Source: an uncultured Candidatus Actinomarina sp.
Lineage (GTDB): Bacteria; Actinomycetota; Acidimicrobiia; Actinomarinales; Actinomarinaceae
Direction: 5' to 3'
DNA: 64,000 nucleotides
NCBI GenBank assembly: GCA_902565645.1
Contig: CACFFJ010000001.1
Location: 30,352 to 94,351 of the forward strand
A model generated the notes under the pieces. The model was not told the DNA's origin. It saw only the letters and a list, made by a program, of their open reading frames with translations, and ran no database searches. A program made the position numbers and the translations under genes. Position 1 is the stretch's first letter. Each line of letters opens with the position of its first letter. Shown one piece after another: positions 22,791-34,008 of the stretch.

Positions 22791-25700
22791 TTACTCTGTT
22801 TCTTCATCTCCTTCTTCGCCTAACATAGCTAGCCATTGTGCCGGATTTGGTAGAGAATCTTCATCATTTACACCATTTTCAGAAGGTTCCTCAGTAAACC
22901 CTAAATTAGAAACTTCAGGTGCATCAGGTAGAGAAGGTAATAGTTTTTGATAAACATCTGAACCTGTTCCTGCAGGTATCAAAGTACCAATTATTACATT
23001 CTCTTTGAGGCCAGATAAACTATCTGTACTCTTTTTCATAGCTGCCTCTGTGAGCACTCTTGTTGTCTCTTGAAAAGATGCTGCTGATAACCAAGAATCC
23101 GTTGCTAGGCTAGCTTTTGTGATACCCATAAGTTCTGGTCTTCCTTCAGCAGGAACTTTTCCTTTCTTCACTAACTCTTGGTTAGTAAACCTAAATAATG
23201 TCGAATCAACTAATTCATTGGGCAAGTAATCAGAATCATTAGTCTTGACAATTCTTACTCTTCTCAACATTTGTCGAACAATCATTTCGACATGCTTATC
23301 ATGGACTTCAACTCCTTGATCACGATAAGTTTTTTGAACTTCACTTACAAGATATTCTTGACATGTTCTAACACCGTTTATCTGTAAAACTTCTTTAGGG
23401 TCTTTTGGTCCTGTTGTCAAAGATTGGCCTGCACTAACTTTATCCCCTTGATTTATTAATAGTGTCTGTCTTCTGAGAACTAAGTGTTCTATTTCTTCCT
23501 TATCATTTTGAATTGAAACAATCTTGTTACCTTCTTCTGTATTATTAATAGATTTAATTTTTCCTTCAATGATTGAAAGAACTGCTTTTCCTTTAGGTGT
23601 TCTAGCTTCAAATAATTCTACTATTCTTGGAAGCCCAGAAGTAATATCTAATCCAACAACACCTCCTGTATGGAAAGTTCTCATTGTTAATTGTGTTCCA
23701 GGTTCTCCAATGGATTGAGCAGATATGATTCCAACAGCCTCACCTTCTTCAACAGGTTTCCCGGTTGCTAAGCTAAATCCATAACAAAGAGGTTCCATCG
23801 ATTCTGGATCAAGCGAATTAAATGGAGAAAGAACATTAATCATATCAACTCCTGATTTTGCAATTGCATCAAGAGCTTCCAAGTCAATAAAAGTTCCTTT
23901 GCTTAGCTTTTTTTTATTTCCATATTCGATTGTTTTTTTATTTATCTTTATATCTTCACTTAGAACTCTTCCAAAGATTGTTGAATGGAGGTACTTGCTT
24001 ACTTTCCCATCTTCATCTTTTATTGTTTTAGATGTTCCTCTCCAGTCAATATTTTCGTCACCTTTTTCTTTAATTACAATACCAGCAGCTACATCTACTA
24101 ATCTTCTAGTTAAATATCCTGAATCAGCAGTTCTAAGAGCAGTATCTGCAAGACCTTTCCTTGCTCCATGAGTAGAAATAAAATATTCTAATACAGACAT
24201 TCCTTCTCTAAAATTACTCTTTATTGGTCTTTCAATGATATCCCCCTTAGGGTTTGCAACTAATCCTCTCATCCCAGCAAGTTGTCTTACTTGCATCATG
24301 TTTCCTCGAGCACCTGATTTTACCATCATGTCTACAGGGTTAAATTCTTCTGACTCTAACTCAGCACTCATCGCATATTGAACTTTGTCTGTTGCTTCGT
24401 TCCATATTTCAATTATCTTCTGTTTTCTTTCTGCTTCAGTAATAACATCTTGCTTAAATAAATTTTCTACTTTTTCAGCTTCTTTCTCATATTTCTCTAA
24501 AATTTCATTTTTCTTTGGAGGAGTCTTAACATCATTCATAGCAACCGTTAAGCCAGCTTTTGCTCCAAACTTAAAACCAATACTTTTCATAGCATCTAGG
24601 AACTCTCTTAATTCAGCTTTATTGTACCTTTCAATAATTTCAGAAATAATTTTTCTCATTTCGGGCTTCCTGATTGTTCCCTGTATATATGGAAAATCTA
24701 TAGGCAATATAGTATTAAAATACATTCTTCCCAAGGTCGTATTTACTAATTCATTACTATTAAATGGTTTATCAGATATTAACTCTGAGAATCTACTTTT
24801 AAGGGCTTTATGTATTTCAGGATCTCCTGATAATTCACCTAATCTTACTTTTATAGGTGTCTGTAATTTAATATGCCCATCCTCATAAGCAAGCTGGGCT
24901 TCGTTAATATCAACATAGGAATTCGATGCATTTTCTAAATCTTGATGGCATTCTGTTATGTAATAAAGACCTATAACCATATCTTGACTTGGAGATACAA
25001 TAGGATTGCCACTTGCAGGTGAAAGAACATTGTTTGTAGAAAGCATTAAAACCTTTGCTTCTGCTTGTGCTTCTGCTGATAAAGGAACGTGTATAGCCAT
25101 CTGGTCCCCATCAAAATCAGCATTAAATGCTTCGCATACTAGGGGATGTACTTGTACAGCTTTTCCTTCAACTAGAATTGGTTCAAATGCTTGAATACCT
25201 AATCTATGTAAAGTTGGAGCTCTGTTTAATAAAACTGGGTGTTCTTCAATAACTTCAGCAAGGACATCCCAAACTTGTGCTCTTGACCTTTCAACCATTC
25301 TTTTTGCTGATTTTATGTTTTGAGATAAACCAAGTTCAACCAATCTTTTCATAACAAATGGTTTAAATAGTTCTAAAGCCATCATTTTTGGTAGACCACA
25401 TTGCTGAAGCTCTAAATGTGGGCCTACAACAATCACTGACCTTGCAGAATAATCAACTCTTTTTCCAAGAAGATTCTGTCTAAATCTTCCCTGCTTTCCT
25501 TTTAGCATATCTGATAATGACTTTAAGCCTCTTCCTCCAGCTCCAGCAACAGCACGACCTCTTCTTCCATTATCAAAAAGCGCATCCACTGACTCTTGAA
25601 GCATCCTTTTTTCATTACTAATTATTATTTCTGGGGCTCCAAGTTCTAATAGCTTTTTTAACCTATTATTTCTGTTTATTAATCTCCTATATAAATCATT

Positions 25701-26714
25701 CAAATCAGAAGTAGCAAATCTTCCCCCATCTAGCTGAACCATAGGCCTTAACTCAGGAGGAATAACTGGTATAACTTCTAATATCATTGCTTCAGGAGGA
25801 TTTTTACCATCTGAAAATGGTTTTATTACCTTCATTCTCTGAACTGCTCTTTGGCGCCTTTGAGCTGATTTTGATTCTAAATCAGATTTTAATTTTTCCA
25901 TCTCTGACTTTAGATCTACTAACAAGACTAAATCTCTTACAGCTTCTGCACCCATTCCTCCTGTAAAGTATTCATCATACTTATCAATCATTTCTCGCCA
26001 TAGAGTATCGTTCTCAATTAAAGTTTTTGGCTTTAAGGTTTTTAGTGTTTGAAAAGCTTCTTCAATTACTTTTATCTCGGCATCTGATTTTCCTTTTTTT
26101 TGTTTGATTTCCTTTTCTATTTCTTTTTTTCTAAGCTGAACTTCGGCTTTAGGAACTTTGGCATTTTCCATTGCTTTTAGCTCAACATCCATTTGTTTAA
26201 TTCTTTTCTTCTCCCATTCCTCAAAGTCTTCTTCGACAATTTCAACTTCAGCTACTACTGCTTCATCTAATTCTTTTAAATCCTTTGTTCTTTTTTTATC
26301 ATCAATAGAAACTACAAGGTATGCTGCAAAATAGATGACTTTTTCTAGTTCTTTTGGAGACATATCTAAAAAATACCCAAGTCGACTTGGAACTCCTTTA
26401 AAATACCAAATATGAGTCACTGGAGCAGCTAACTCAATATGACCCATTCTTTCTCGTCTTACTTCTCTACGAGTTACCTCAACTCCACACCTTTCACAAA
26501 CAATTCCTCGATATCTAATTCTTTTATATCTTCCACACGAACACTCCCAGTCTTTAGTTGGTCCAAAAATTCTCTCATCAAAGAGTCCTTCTTTTTCTGG
26601 TTTTAGTGTTCTGTAATTAATTGTTTCTGGTTTTTTTACCTCTCCAAAAGACCAGCTTCTCATTTGCTCTGAGGTTGCAAGACTAATACTTAACTCATCA
26701 AAAACTTTTTCCAT
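22791..26714 (-). CDS. rpoC: DNA-directed RNA polymerase subunit beta'
   Basis: 1307 aa with an N-terminal Zn ribbon (CSCG..C..CG) and the catalytic NADFDGDQM. A ~100 aa charged coiled-coil insertion after residue ~140 resembles the actinobacterial lineage-specific insert. Confidence 0.98.
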   Translation of the reverse strand: MEKVFDELSISLATSEQMRSWSFGEVKKPETINYRTLKPEKEGLFDERIFGPTKDWECSCGRYKRIRYRGIVCERCGVEVTRREVRRERMGHIELAAPVTHIWYFKGVPSRLGYFLDMSPKELEKVIYFAAYLVVSIDDKKRTKDLKELDEAVVAEVEIVEEDFEEWEKKRIKQMDVELKAMENAKVPKAEVQLRKKEIEKEIKQKKGKSDAEIKVIEEAFQTLKTLKPKTLIENDTLWREMIDKYDEYFTGGMGAEAVRDLVLLVDLKSEMEKLKSDLESKSAQRRQRAVQRMKVIKPFSDGKNPPEAMILEVIPVIPPELRPMVQLDGGRFATSDLNDLYRRLINRNNRLKKLLELGAPEIIISNEKRMLQESVDALFDNGRRGRAVAGAGGRGLKSLSDMLKGKQGRFRQNLLGKRVDYSARSVIVVGPHLELQQCGLPKMMALELFKPFVMKRLVELGLSQNIKSAKRMVERSRAQVWDVLAEVIEEHPVLLNRAPTLHRLGIQAFEPILVEGKAVQVHPLVCEAFNADFDGDQMAIHVPLSAEAQAEAKVLMLSTNNVLSPASGNPIVSPSQDMVIGLYYITECHQDLENASNSYVDINEAQLAYEDGHIKLQTPIKVRLGELSGDPEIHKALKSRFSELISDKPFNSNELVNTTLGRMYFNTILPIDFPYIQGTIRKPEMRKIISEIIERYNKAELREFLDAMKSIGFKFGAKAGLTVAMNDVKTPPKKNEILEKYEKEAEKVENLFKQDVITEAERKQKIIEIWNEATDKVQYAMSAELESEEFNPVDMMVKSGARGNMMQVRQLAGMRGLVANPKGDIIERPIKSNFREGMSVLEYFISTHGARKGLADTALRTADSGYLTRRLVDVAAGIVIKEKGDENIDWRGTSKTIKDEDGKVSKYLHSTIFGRVLSEDIKINKKTIEYGNKKKLSKGTFIDLEALDAIAKSGVDMINVLSPFNSLDPESMEPLCYGFSLATGKPVEEGEAVGIISAQSIGEPGTQLTMRTFHTGGVVGLDITSGLPRIVELFEARTPKGKAVLSIIEGKIKSINNTEEGNKIVSIQNDKEEIEHLVLRRQTLLINQGDKVSAGQSLTTGPKDPKEVLQINGVRTCQEYLVSEVQKTYRDQGVEVHDKHVEMIVRQMLRRVRIVKTNDSDYLPNELVDSTLFRFTNQELVKKGKVPAEGRPELMGITKASLATDSWLSAASFQETTRVLTEAAMKKSTDSLSGLKENVIIGTLIPAGTGSDVYQKLLPSLPDAPEVSNLGFTEEPSENGVNDEDSLPNPAQWLAMLGEEGDEETE

Positions 26715-26722
26715 CTTTTCTC

Positions 26723-29700
26723 CTATACCTCTGCCTCGTCTTCTTCAGGTCTGGTCATGTCTATGCCAAGAGTTTCTGCTGTTTTTACGTATTCATCACT
26801 AATTTCTTTCATTGATATTTCTTCGCCTGCTGAAAGAATCTCAACATTTAAACACAGACTTTGCATTTCCTTTAAAAGGACTTTAAATGACTCTGGTATT
26901 CCTGGCTCAGGAATATTATCTCCCTTAACAATTGATTCATAAACCTTTACACGCCCAACTGTATCATCTGATTTTATAGTTAATAATTCTTGCAAAGCAT
27001 AGCTTGCACCATATGCTTCTAAGGCCCAAACTTCCATTTCTCCGAATCTTTGGCCTCCAAATTGTGCTTTACCTCCTAATGGTTGCTGAGTAATCATTGA
27101 ATAAGGACCTGTTGATCTTGCATGTATCTTTTCATCAACTAAATGTATCAATTTCAATATATATGTATAACCTACTGTCACTTTTGAATCATATTCTTCA
27201 CCAGTTCTTCCATCGAATAATGTTGCCTTTCCGTCTTCATCAACTAACAATTTTCCATCTCTGTTTGGATTAATATTTCTTAATATTTCATGTATTTCTT
27301 CTTCTTCAGCACCATCGAAAACAGGAGTTGAAATTAATGTCCCAGGTTCTGCTCCACCTGAGGCAATTGTGTTTCCTTTAAATTCCTTCCACCCCTGGTC
27401 AGCTGCCCAACCTAAATGAGTTTCTAGAATTTGGCCTAAATTCATACGACTTGGTACTCCTAATGGCGAGAGTAGGATATCTACTGGCGTTCCATCTTCA
27501 AGAAATGGCATATCTTCAATCGGATTTATTTTTGAAATAACTCCTTTGTTCCCATGCCTACCTGACAGCTTGTCTCCAACTTGTATTTTTCTTTGAATTG
27601 CAACATAAACTCTTACTTTTTGATTTACACCAGGTGGAAGGTCTGCACCATCATCTCTTTTAAGAATTTGTATATCAATTACCTTACCTCTTTCTCCATG
27701 AGGAACTCGTAATGAAGTGTCTCTAACTTCTCTTGCTTTTTCTCCAAATATTGCTCTTAAGAGTCTCTCTTCAGGAGTTAGTTCAGTTTCACCTTTTGGT
27801 GTGACTTTTCCTACTAAATAATCTCCTGGTGTAACTTCAGCTCCAACTCTAACAATGCCCATTTCATCAAGATCCATGAGTACTTCTTCTGCTACATTCG
27901 GTATGTCACGAGTTATTTCTTCCTCTCCTAGTTTTGTATCTCTAGCCTCAATTTCATGCTCAGCAATATGTACGGAAGTTAAAATATCTTCTTTTACTAG
28001 TCTTTCAGATATAACAATTGAATCTTCAAAGTTATAACCATCCCAAGGCATGTAGGCCACAAGAAGGTTTTTGCCAAGAGCTAGTTCTCCTCCTTGTGTG
28101 CTTGGTCCGTCTGCTAAAACATCCCCCGGTTTTACCTTAATTCCTTCCCTTACTAGTGGTTTTTGGTTTACCGAAGTAGCTTGATTTGATCTCTTAAACT
28201 TTTTTACTTCATAATGAACTTTTTTATTTGTTCCTACTTCTTTAACAATTATTTCATCACCTGAAACAGAAACTACTTCACCGGAAATTTTGGAAATTAA
28301 GGCTTCTCCTGAGTCGCGAGCTACATTCTCTTCCATTCCTGTTCCAATGTAAGGTGCTTCCGTCTTGATTAAAGGCACAGCTTGACGCTGCATATTTGAA
28401 CCCATAAGTGCACGGTTTGCATCATCATGTTCTAAAAATGGTATTAATGCAGTTGTTACTGAACAGATTTGCTTAGGACTTACATCCATATAGTCAATTT
28501 CTTTATCACTTATGAAGGAAACCTGTCCACTATCTTGTCTACATAAAACTCTTTTGTTTTTAAAGGTTCCATCTTCATTAAGTGGGGCATTTGCTTGGGC
28601 AATAGTATATTCATCTTCTTGTGCAGCAGTTAAATAGACTGCTTTATTTGTTTTAACGATTCCTTTTTCCACTTTCCAATAAGGTGTCTCAATGAATCCA
28701 AATTTATTGACTCTTCCGTACGTAGCTAATGTACCAATTAAACCTATATTTGGGCCTTCTGGTGTTTCAATTGGACACATTCTTCCATAATGAGAAGGGT
28801 GGACGTCTCTAACTTCAAAACCTGCTCTTTCTCTTGATAAACCTCCCGGACCCAATGCTGAAAGTCTCCTTCTGTGAGTTAACCCAGCGATAGGATTTGG
28901 TTGGTCCATAAATTGACTTAATTGACTAGTGCCAAAAAATTCCTTTAATGAAGCTTGGATTGGTCTAATATTTATTAATGACTGGGGAGTTATTGCTTCT
29001 GGTTCTTGGGTAGTCATTCTTTCCCTTACAACTCTTTCAAGCCTACTCAAGCCAACTCTAACTTGATTTTGAACTAATTCTCCTACAGTTCTAATTCTTC
29101 TATTTCCGAAATGATCAATGTCATCTAAGCGAACAGGTATTTCCCTTCCAAGGTTGTTCTTGAAAATATCTTCTCCAGCATGAAGGGCTATTACATACTT
29201 TATGGAATCAATCATATCTTCAATTTTTATCATCCCCTCAACTTCTGTTGAGTAAAATTCTGCATCTTTCTCTCCATAGTCGCGTCCAAGTTTTTGTTCA
29301 ACTTTATATCTTCCAACTTTTGTTAAATCATATCTCTTAGGTGTATAAAACATTTGTTTAACAAGATTTCTTGCAGACTCAACTGTTGCAGGTTCTCCTG
29401 GTCTTAACTTTCTGTACAGATCAATAAGCGCAGCCTCTGGTGAAGTGTCAGAATCTCTCTCTATAGTATTTTGAATTGATTGATAATTTCCAAATAAATC
29501 TAAAGCATCTTCTTTTGTCTCTATCTTGTACTTTCCCCATTTTTCAGGATCAACAGCATATAAAGCTCTTAAGAAGGCCGTAATGTGTTGTCTTCTTTTC
29601 CTGTCAACTCTTACACCTACCGTATCTCTTTTGTCCGTATCAAACTCTAGCCATGCACCCCTTCCAGGAATCATTTTTCCTATAAAAATATCTTTATCTG

Positions 29701-30145
29701 ATGTTTTATCTATTTCTTGAGAAAAATATACACCCGGCGACCTAACAAGTTGGCTTACTATCACTCTTTCTGTTCCATTTATAATAAAGGTGCCAGTATC
29801 AGACATAATCGGGAAGTCTCCAAGGAAAACTGTTTGTTGTTTTATCTGACCTGTTTCTCGATCAAGGAACTGAGCTGTAACATAAAGGGGTCTTGAGTAT
29901 GTTGAATCAGTTATTTTACATTCTTCAAGAGTTTTTAACGGTTCTTCAAAAAAATGATTCAATAATTCTAATGAAAATCTCCCAGAGAAATCTTCAATTG
30001 GAGAAATTTCATCTAAAATTTCTTTAAGACCTTCTTCTATAAACCAATTAAATGAATCTTTTTGAACAATTAATAAATCTGGAATGTCTAGAACTTTTGG
30101 AATTTTTGCAAACGAAAGCCTAGAATTCTGAACAGCGGACAACAA
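26723..30145 (-). CDS. rpoB: DNA-directed RNA polymerase subunit beta
   Basis: 1140 aa with a TTG start preceded by GAGGAGG. Motifs seen: ..[15 protein letters not shown] (rifampicin region) and [11 protein letters not shown]. Confidence 0.98.
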   Translation of the reverse strand: MLSAVQNSRLSFAKIPKVLDIPDLLIVQKDSFNWFIEEGLKEILDEISPIEDFSGRFSLELLNHFFEEPLKTLEECKITDSTYSRPLYVTAQFLDRETGQIKQQTVFLGDFPIMSDTGTFIINGTERVIVSQLVRSPGVYFSQEIDKTSDKDIFIGKMIPGRGAWLEFDTDKRDTVGVRVDRKRRQHITAFLRALYAVDPEKWGKYKIETKEDALDLFGNYQSIQNTIERDSDTSPEAALIDLYRKLRPGEPATVESARNLVKQMFYTPKRYDLTKVGRYKVEQKLGRDYGEKDAEFYSTEVEGMIKIEDMIDSIKYVIALHAGEDIFKNNLGREIPVRLDDIDHFGNRRIRTVGELVQNQVRVGLSRLERVVRERMTTQEPEAITPQSLINIRPIQASLKEFFGTSQLSQFMDQPNPIAGLTHRRRLSALGPGGLSRERAGFEVRDVHPSHYGRMCPIETPEGPNIGLIGTLATYGRVNKFGFIETPYWKVEKGIVKTNKAVYLTAAQEDEYTIAQANAPLNEDGTFKNKRVLCRQDSGQVSFISDKEIDYMDVSPKQICSVTTALIPFLEHDDANRALMGSNMQRQAVPLIKTEAPYIGTGMEENVARDSGEALISKISGEVVSVSGDEIIVKEVGTNKKVHYEVKKFKRSNQATSVNQKPLVREGIKVKPGDVLADGPSTQGGELALGKNLLVAYMPWDGYNFEDSIVISERLVKEDILTSVHIAEHEIEARDTKLGEEEITRDIPNVAEEVLMDLDEMGIVRVGAEVTPGDYLVGKVTPKGETELTPEERLLRAIFGEKAREVRDTSLRVPHGERGKVIDIQILKRDDGADLPPGVNQKVRVYVAIQRKIQVGDKLSGRHGNKGVISKINPIEDMPFLEDGTPVDILLSPLGVPSRMNLGQILETHLGWAADQGWKEFKGNTIASGGAEPGTLISTPVFDGAEEEEIHEILRNINPNRDGKLLVDEDGKATLFDGRTGEEYDSKVTVGYTYILKLIHLVDEKIHARSTGPYSMITQQPLGGKAQFGGQRFGEMEVWALEAYGASYALQELLTIKSDDTVGRVKVYESIVKGDNIPEPGIPESFKVLLKEMQSLCLNVEILSAGEEISMKEISDEYVKTAETLGIDMTRPEEDEAEV

Positions 30146-30227
30146 GCCTCCTCAAAAAAATAATAAGTGGTACCGAAAGATACAGTATATTAGTACTTTT
30201 TATTTAAGTAAACAAATATTCTAAAAA

Positions 30228-30614
30228 TTATTTAAGTTCTACAGTTGCCCCAGCGCCTTCAAGTGCTTCTTTTGCTTTTTCAGCTTCGTCTTTAGAAACG
30301 CCTGTAAGAATATCTGAAGGAGCCCCATCTACAAGCTCTTTTGCCTCTTTAAGTCCAAGACTTGTTAAGCCTCTTACCTCTTTGATAACTTGTATTTTTT
30401 GTCCCCCAGCATCTGCAAGAACAACATTAAATGAATCTTTTTCTTCATCTGATCCTCCACCGTCTCCTCCACCAGCTGGTGCAGCGGCTACAGCCACAGG
30501 AGCAGCAGCAGTTACGTCAAACTTCTCTTCAAAAGCATCTAAGAATTCTTTTAATTCTAAGACTGACATTTCTTCAAAAATAGACAGTAACTCCTCTGTT
30601 GTCATTTTTGCCAT
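30228..30614 (-). CDS. rplL: 50S ribosomal protein L7/L12
   Basis: 128 aa with an Ala/Gly hinge and a C-terminal domain ..IKEVR..T.LGLKEAK.LV... Confidence 0.97.
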   Translation of the reverse strand: MAKMTTEELLSIFEEMSVLELKEFLDAFEEKFDVTAAAPVAVAAAPAGGGDGGGSDEEKDSFNVVLADAGGQKIQVIKEVRGLTSLGLKEAKELVDGAPSDILTGVSKDEAEKAKEALEGAGATVELK

Positions 30615-31210
30615 TATTCCTCCTCTTTCTTAATATCTTCTTTAGCTTCATCAGAAGCTTCAGATTCTTCACTTTCAGAATTTATTTCCCCTGTTGATTC
30701 TTTCTTTTCTAATAATGCTTTAAATGCATAACCAGATTTATTTAAAACGCCTTTTATTGTTCCGGCTAATTTAGTTACAGGTGCATTAAAACCACCTGCA
30801 ATTTTTGCTAACAACACATCTCGGGAATCAATAGAAGCTAGAACGTTTAACTGTTCGATTGTTAAAGGCTCTTCATCCATTAATCCACCTTTAACAACAA
30901 ATGCTTCGTTTTCTGTTGAAAAGTTTTTTAATACTTTTGCCGCTTCAACTGGATCAGTTTCTATAACTGCTATACCTGTTGGTCCAGAGAAATAATCTAG
31001 TATATCTTTATATCCAGCATTCTCAGCAGCCCTTTTAGCTAGACTCATTTTTACTACATTGAAAGAAGCTCCTGCTTCTTTCAAATCTTTTCTTAACTGT
31101 GTTTGTTGACTAACAGTTAGTCCTCTGTATTCTGCCATTACCAAAGTACTAGCAGATTTAAATACTTCTTCTAACTCTTTTACTGCTTCAACTTTTTCTT
31201 CTCTAACCAT
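30614..31210 (-). CDS. rplJ: 50S ribosomal protein L10
   Basis: An ATG at 31210 (MVREEK..) has an AAGGA Shine-Dalgarno about 8 nt upstream. The track start at 31231 lies inside the leader helix. The protein has an acidic C-terminal tail. Confidence 0.94.
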   Translation of the reverse strand: MVREEKVEAVKELEEVFKSASTLVMAEYRGLTVSQQTQLRKDLKEAGASFNVVKMSLAKRAAENAGYKDILDYFSGPTGIAVIETDPVEAAKVLKNFSTENEAFVVKGGLMDEEPLTIEQLNVLASIDSRDVLLAKIAGGFNAPVTKLAGTIKGVLNKSGYAFKALLEKKESTGEINSESEESEASDEAKEDIKKEEE

Positions 31211-31290
31211 AAAAAAATCCTTGCATACCAAGGACCGTACTAATTACCTGCGATAGAAATTAAGGCAAGCCACTATCGGTCTTTGGTTTT
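31211..31290 (-). promoter_or_regulatory. structured 5' leader of rplJ (candidate L10 autoregulatory leader)
   Basis: On the minus strand, CCAAAGACCG (31277-31286) pairs with CGGUCCUUGG (31228-31237) at 9 of 10 positions. This encloses a GAUAG/CUAUC hairpin and an asymmetric internal loop. The region is GC-richer than its flanks. The class assignment rests on position only. Confidence 0.4.
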
Positions 31291-31338
31291 AATTGTTATT
31301 AAATGATACAGTCTGAATAGATTTATAAGAAATAAATA

Positions 31339-32025
31339 TTAAATATTTATATTTACAGGCACTGAAGGGCCCATGGTTGATGAAATATAAACTGATTTAA
31401 CATAATCACCTTTAGAAGAAGGGGGTTTAACTCTTTCAACTTCTACAATAACCTCATTTAAATTTTCTAATAATTGGTTTATTTCAAAAGATGCTTTCCC
31501 AATAGATAAATGTACATTACCAAATTTGTCATTTTTTATTTCAACTTTTCCTTTTTTAAAATCTTCTACAGCTTTAGATACATCATTAGTGACTGTACCT
31601 GTTTTTGGATTAGGCATTAATCCTTTCGGTCCTAGAATTTTTCCTAACTGACCAACTTCAGCCATCATTTCAGGAGTAGAAATTACTAAGTCCACATCTA
31701 ATTTTTCTTCTGATGCAACCTTTGTAGCAAGTTCTTTCCCTCCAACAATATCTGCTCCAGCATTCTCAGCTTCAGATAATTGTTCCCCTCCAGCAAATAC
31801 TGCTATTTTTATTTCTTTTCCTGTTCCATTTGGAAGAGAAACCGTTGTCCTTATATTTTGCTCAGAGTCCTCAGGATCTATGCCTAATGAAAAAACAACG
31901 TCTACTGACTCATCAAATTTAGCTGTTGCGTTTTCCTTACATATACTGAGCGATTCTTCTTTTGACATTTCTGTCTCAGATATATTCTCTTTAGCTTCTT
32001 TGTATCTCTTTCCGTATTTCTTCAT
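31339..32025 (-). CDS. rplA: 50S ribosomal protein L1
   Basis: 228 aa with ..F.E.VD....LG.DP and ..LGP.GLMPNPK.GTVT. Confidence 0.96.
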   Translation of the reverse strand: MKKYGKRYKEAKENISETEMSKEESLSICKENATAKFDESVDVVFSLGIDPEDSEQNIRTTVSLPNGTGKEIKIAVFAGGEQLSEAENAGADIVGGKELATKVASEEKLDVDLVISTPEMMAEVGQLGKILGPKGLMPNPKTGTVTNDVSKAVEDFKKGKVEIKNDKFGNVHLSIGKASFEINQLLENLNEVIVEVERVKPPSSKGDYVKSVYISSTMGPSVPVNINI

Positions 32026-32069
32026 GTAACTCCTTTTGGTTCAAACGATCCATTGATCTCCCAATCTAT

Positions 32070-32615
32070 TTAATTACTTTCTTCTGAATCACCTTCAGTA
32101 AGAGCTTCTGTAGAAGCTTCTTCTTCAGAAACTGGGTCTTCTGATGCCCTCTCTTCTGATGCTTCATTTGAAACTGAAACGTCTATTTCTTTACCGTCTA
32201 CAGTAACACCCATTGATCTTGCTGTTCCTGCTATTATCTTAACGGCTGCGTCAATGTCATTAGCATTTAAATCTTCCTTTTTCGCCTCTGCGATAGTTTG
32301 GAGTTGTGATGTTGTAATATTTGCAACTTTTTCTTTATGAGGTTCTGGAGAACCAGAATTAAGTCCAACAGCTTTTTTAATTAAGTATGAAGCTGGAGCA
32401 GTCTTTGTTGTGTAAGAAAATGAATTGTCTTCATAAATAGTAATTTCTACTGGAACTATTTCACCTTGTCTGCTGGAAGTATCATTATTAAATGCTTGAA
32501 CAAAATCCATAATATTTACTCCATATTGTCCAAGTGCAGACCCAACAGGTGGTGCTGGTGTTGCGCCGCCGCCAGGAATTTGTAATTTAATTTTTGCTTT
32601 TATTTCTTTTGCCAT
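32070..32615 (-). CDS. rplK: 50S ribosomal protein L11 with a ~40 aa acidic C-terminal extension
   Basis: 181 aa. The core runs from [18 protein letters not shown] to ..ARSMG..V. It is followed by [42 protein letters not shown]. Confidence 0.95.
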   Translation of the reverse strand: MAKEIKAKIKLQIPGGGATPAPPVGSALGQYGVNIMDFVQAFNNDTSSRQGEIVPVEITIYEDNSFSYTTKTAPASYLIKKAVGLNSGSPEPHKEKVANITTSQLQTIAEAKKEDLNANDIDAAVKIIAGTARSMGVTVDGKEIDVSVSNEASEERASEDPVSEEEASTEALTEGDSEESN

Positions 32616-32623
32616 TTTTTAAC

Positions 32624-33241
32624 CTAATTTTTTACTATATCAGTAAATCCAAGCTCTACAGGTGTTTCTCTTCCAAATATATTAACCAAGACAGTGACTT
32701 TTGATTGGTCTAAATTAATTTCTTCAATAATCCCATTAAAGTCTGCAAAAGGACCTGTCGTGACTCTGACTGTTTCTCCTGTTTCGAAGTCTGGTCTGAA
32801 TTTTGGAGATTCTTTTTTAATTTCTACTTCCTCATTTGTGCCTAAAATCCTTTCAATCTCTCTTCTTGATAAAGATATTGGCATTTTTCCAGAACCAACA
32901 AAACCTATAACTGATGGCGTATTCCTTATCTGATACCAGGTCTCATCATCTAAATCCATTCTTACCAATACGTAACCTGGAAAAGTCTTTTTTTCAACAT
33001 TTACCTTCTTACCATTCCTTATTTCAACAACTTCATCTGTTGGGATAACTACTTCATACACTTTTTCTTCTAAATGTAAGTTTTTCAACCTAGTAAGGAT
33101 ATTTGTCTTAACTTTTTTCTCATGACCTGACTGGGCGTTCAATACAAACCATTCTCCGGGTAAATCATAAGGATGTGATGCTACAACAGAATCTTCTAAC
33201 TCTTCAATCTTCTCTTCTTCAATTACTACTTCGTCAGACAT
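32624..33241 (-). CDS. nusG: transcription termination/antitermination factor NusG
   Basis: 205 aa with W.V....G.E.KV, an NGN domain and a C-terminal KOW (G..V.V..GPF..F.G.). Confidence 0.95.
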   Translation of the reverse strand: MSDEVVIEEEKIEELEDSVVASHPYDLPGEWFVLNAQSGHEKKVKTNILTRLKNLHLEEKVYEVVIPTDEVVEIRNGKKVNVEKKTFPGYVLVRMDLDDETWYQIRNTPSVIGFVGSGKMPISLSRREIERILGTNEEVEIKKESPKFRPDFETGETVRVTTGPFADFNGIIEEINLDQSKVTVLVNIFGRETPVELGFTDIVKN

Positions 33242-33541
33242 TTATCCTCCAAGAGATAACAGATTAATCAAGGTATTTTTAAATCCAAAATCCATTCCAA
33301 AAATTAATATAGTCATAGTTACCATTGTAACTATTGTCACAATGGTAAATGATGACAATGTATCTCTTGATGGCCAATTTACTCTTTTTAGTTCTGTTCT
33401 AACTTCACCAAAATAGTTAGCAATCCTTTTAAATCTTGATACTTTTTCACCACTATACTGACCAATATTTCTATCAGCCTTTTTAGCCAGGCGCTCTTCG
33501 CGCTCTGACATTCTTCTCATCTCTCTATTCATTTCATTCAT
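33242..33541 (-). CDS. secE: preprotein translocase subunit SecE
   Basis: 99 aa with ..E...ELKKV.WP.. followed by a single C-terminal TM. Sits at the tRNA-Trp-secE-nusG position. Confidence 0.9.
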   Translation of the reverse strand: MNEMNREMRRMSEREERLAKKADRNIGQYSGEKVSRFKRIANYFGEVRTELKRVNWPSRDTLSSFTIVTIVTMVTMTILIFGMDFGFKNTLINLLSLGG

Positions 33542-33553
33542 AAATACCTCTTG

Positions 33554-33627
33554 CAGGGGTGGTGAGATTCGAACTCACAACCTCCGGTTTTGGAGACCGG
33601 CGCTCTGCCAGTTAGAGCTACACCCCT
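33554..33627 (-). tRNA. tRNA-Trp (CCA)
   Basis: Hand-folded cloverleaf: acceptor AGGGGTG/CACCCCT, anticodon arm ccggt-CTCCAAA-accgg, T arm gtgag-TTCGAAT-ctcac. The 3' CCA is not encoded. Confidence 0.93.
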
Positions 33628-33633
33628 AAGTTT

Positions 33634-34008
33634 TTACTCATCCTCTAGCTCTTTATTAGAAGAGCGCTTTCTTCCTAAAATTAAAACCAATAAGGTTACT
33701 AATCCAAGCAATATCAATAGTATTATTTTTGTACCTTTATTTGAAGTAGTTTTTACTTTTTTATCTAATGATGCAATTACCCTTGATGCGAAATCTTCAG
33801 GAATTTCTATTTCCTTGTTTACTTCTGTCTCTAGCTCTTCTCTGAATGCTCTATATCTTTTTCCTGCTATCTGACATTTTGGACAAAAGGAGACATGATT
33901 ATCAGCATCAAATTGAAAATATTTACCACTTAAATAAGTTTTTATCATCTGGCTTCTTCTCTTTCTACAAATATAGCTATTCTTAATTTCTTCAAATAAA
34001 GATTTCAT
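33634..34008 (-). CDS. membrane-anchored zinc-binding anti-sigma factor (ZAS type)
   Basis: 124 aa. C14-x23-H38-x3-C42-x2-C45 matches the ZAS signature. It has one TM (IILLILLGLVTLLVLIL). There is an ATGA overlap with the upstream ECF sigma gene. Confidence 0.8.
   Translation of the reverse strand: MKSLFEEIKNSYICRKRRSQMIKTYLSGKYFQFDADNHVSFCPKCQIAGKRYRAFREELETEVNKEIEIPEDFASRVIASLDKKVKTTSNKGTKIILLILLGLVTLLVLILGRKRSSNKELEDE

Noticed and set aside
24385-24888. A 167-aa plus-strand ORF inside rpoC. Several similar 60-90 aa ORFs lie antisense to rpoB, rpoC, fusA and tuf, for example 18756-19136, 21328-21603 and 23899-24171.
   Set aside because: All are antisense to highly conserved genes and are Ser/Phe/Leu-rich with no recognisable motifs. 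I treat them as shadow ORFs.
30146-30227. A possible attenuator hairpin (GUAUC-UUUC-GGUAC) in the rplL-rpoB spacer.
   Set aside because: It has only 5 bp including a G-U pair, and the U-run is not adjacent. That is too weak to call.
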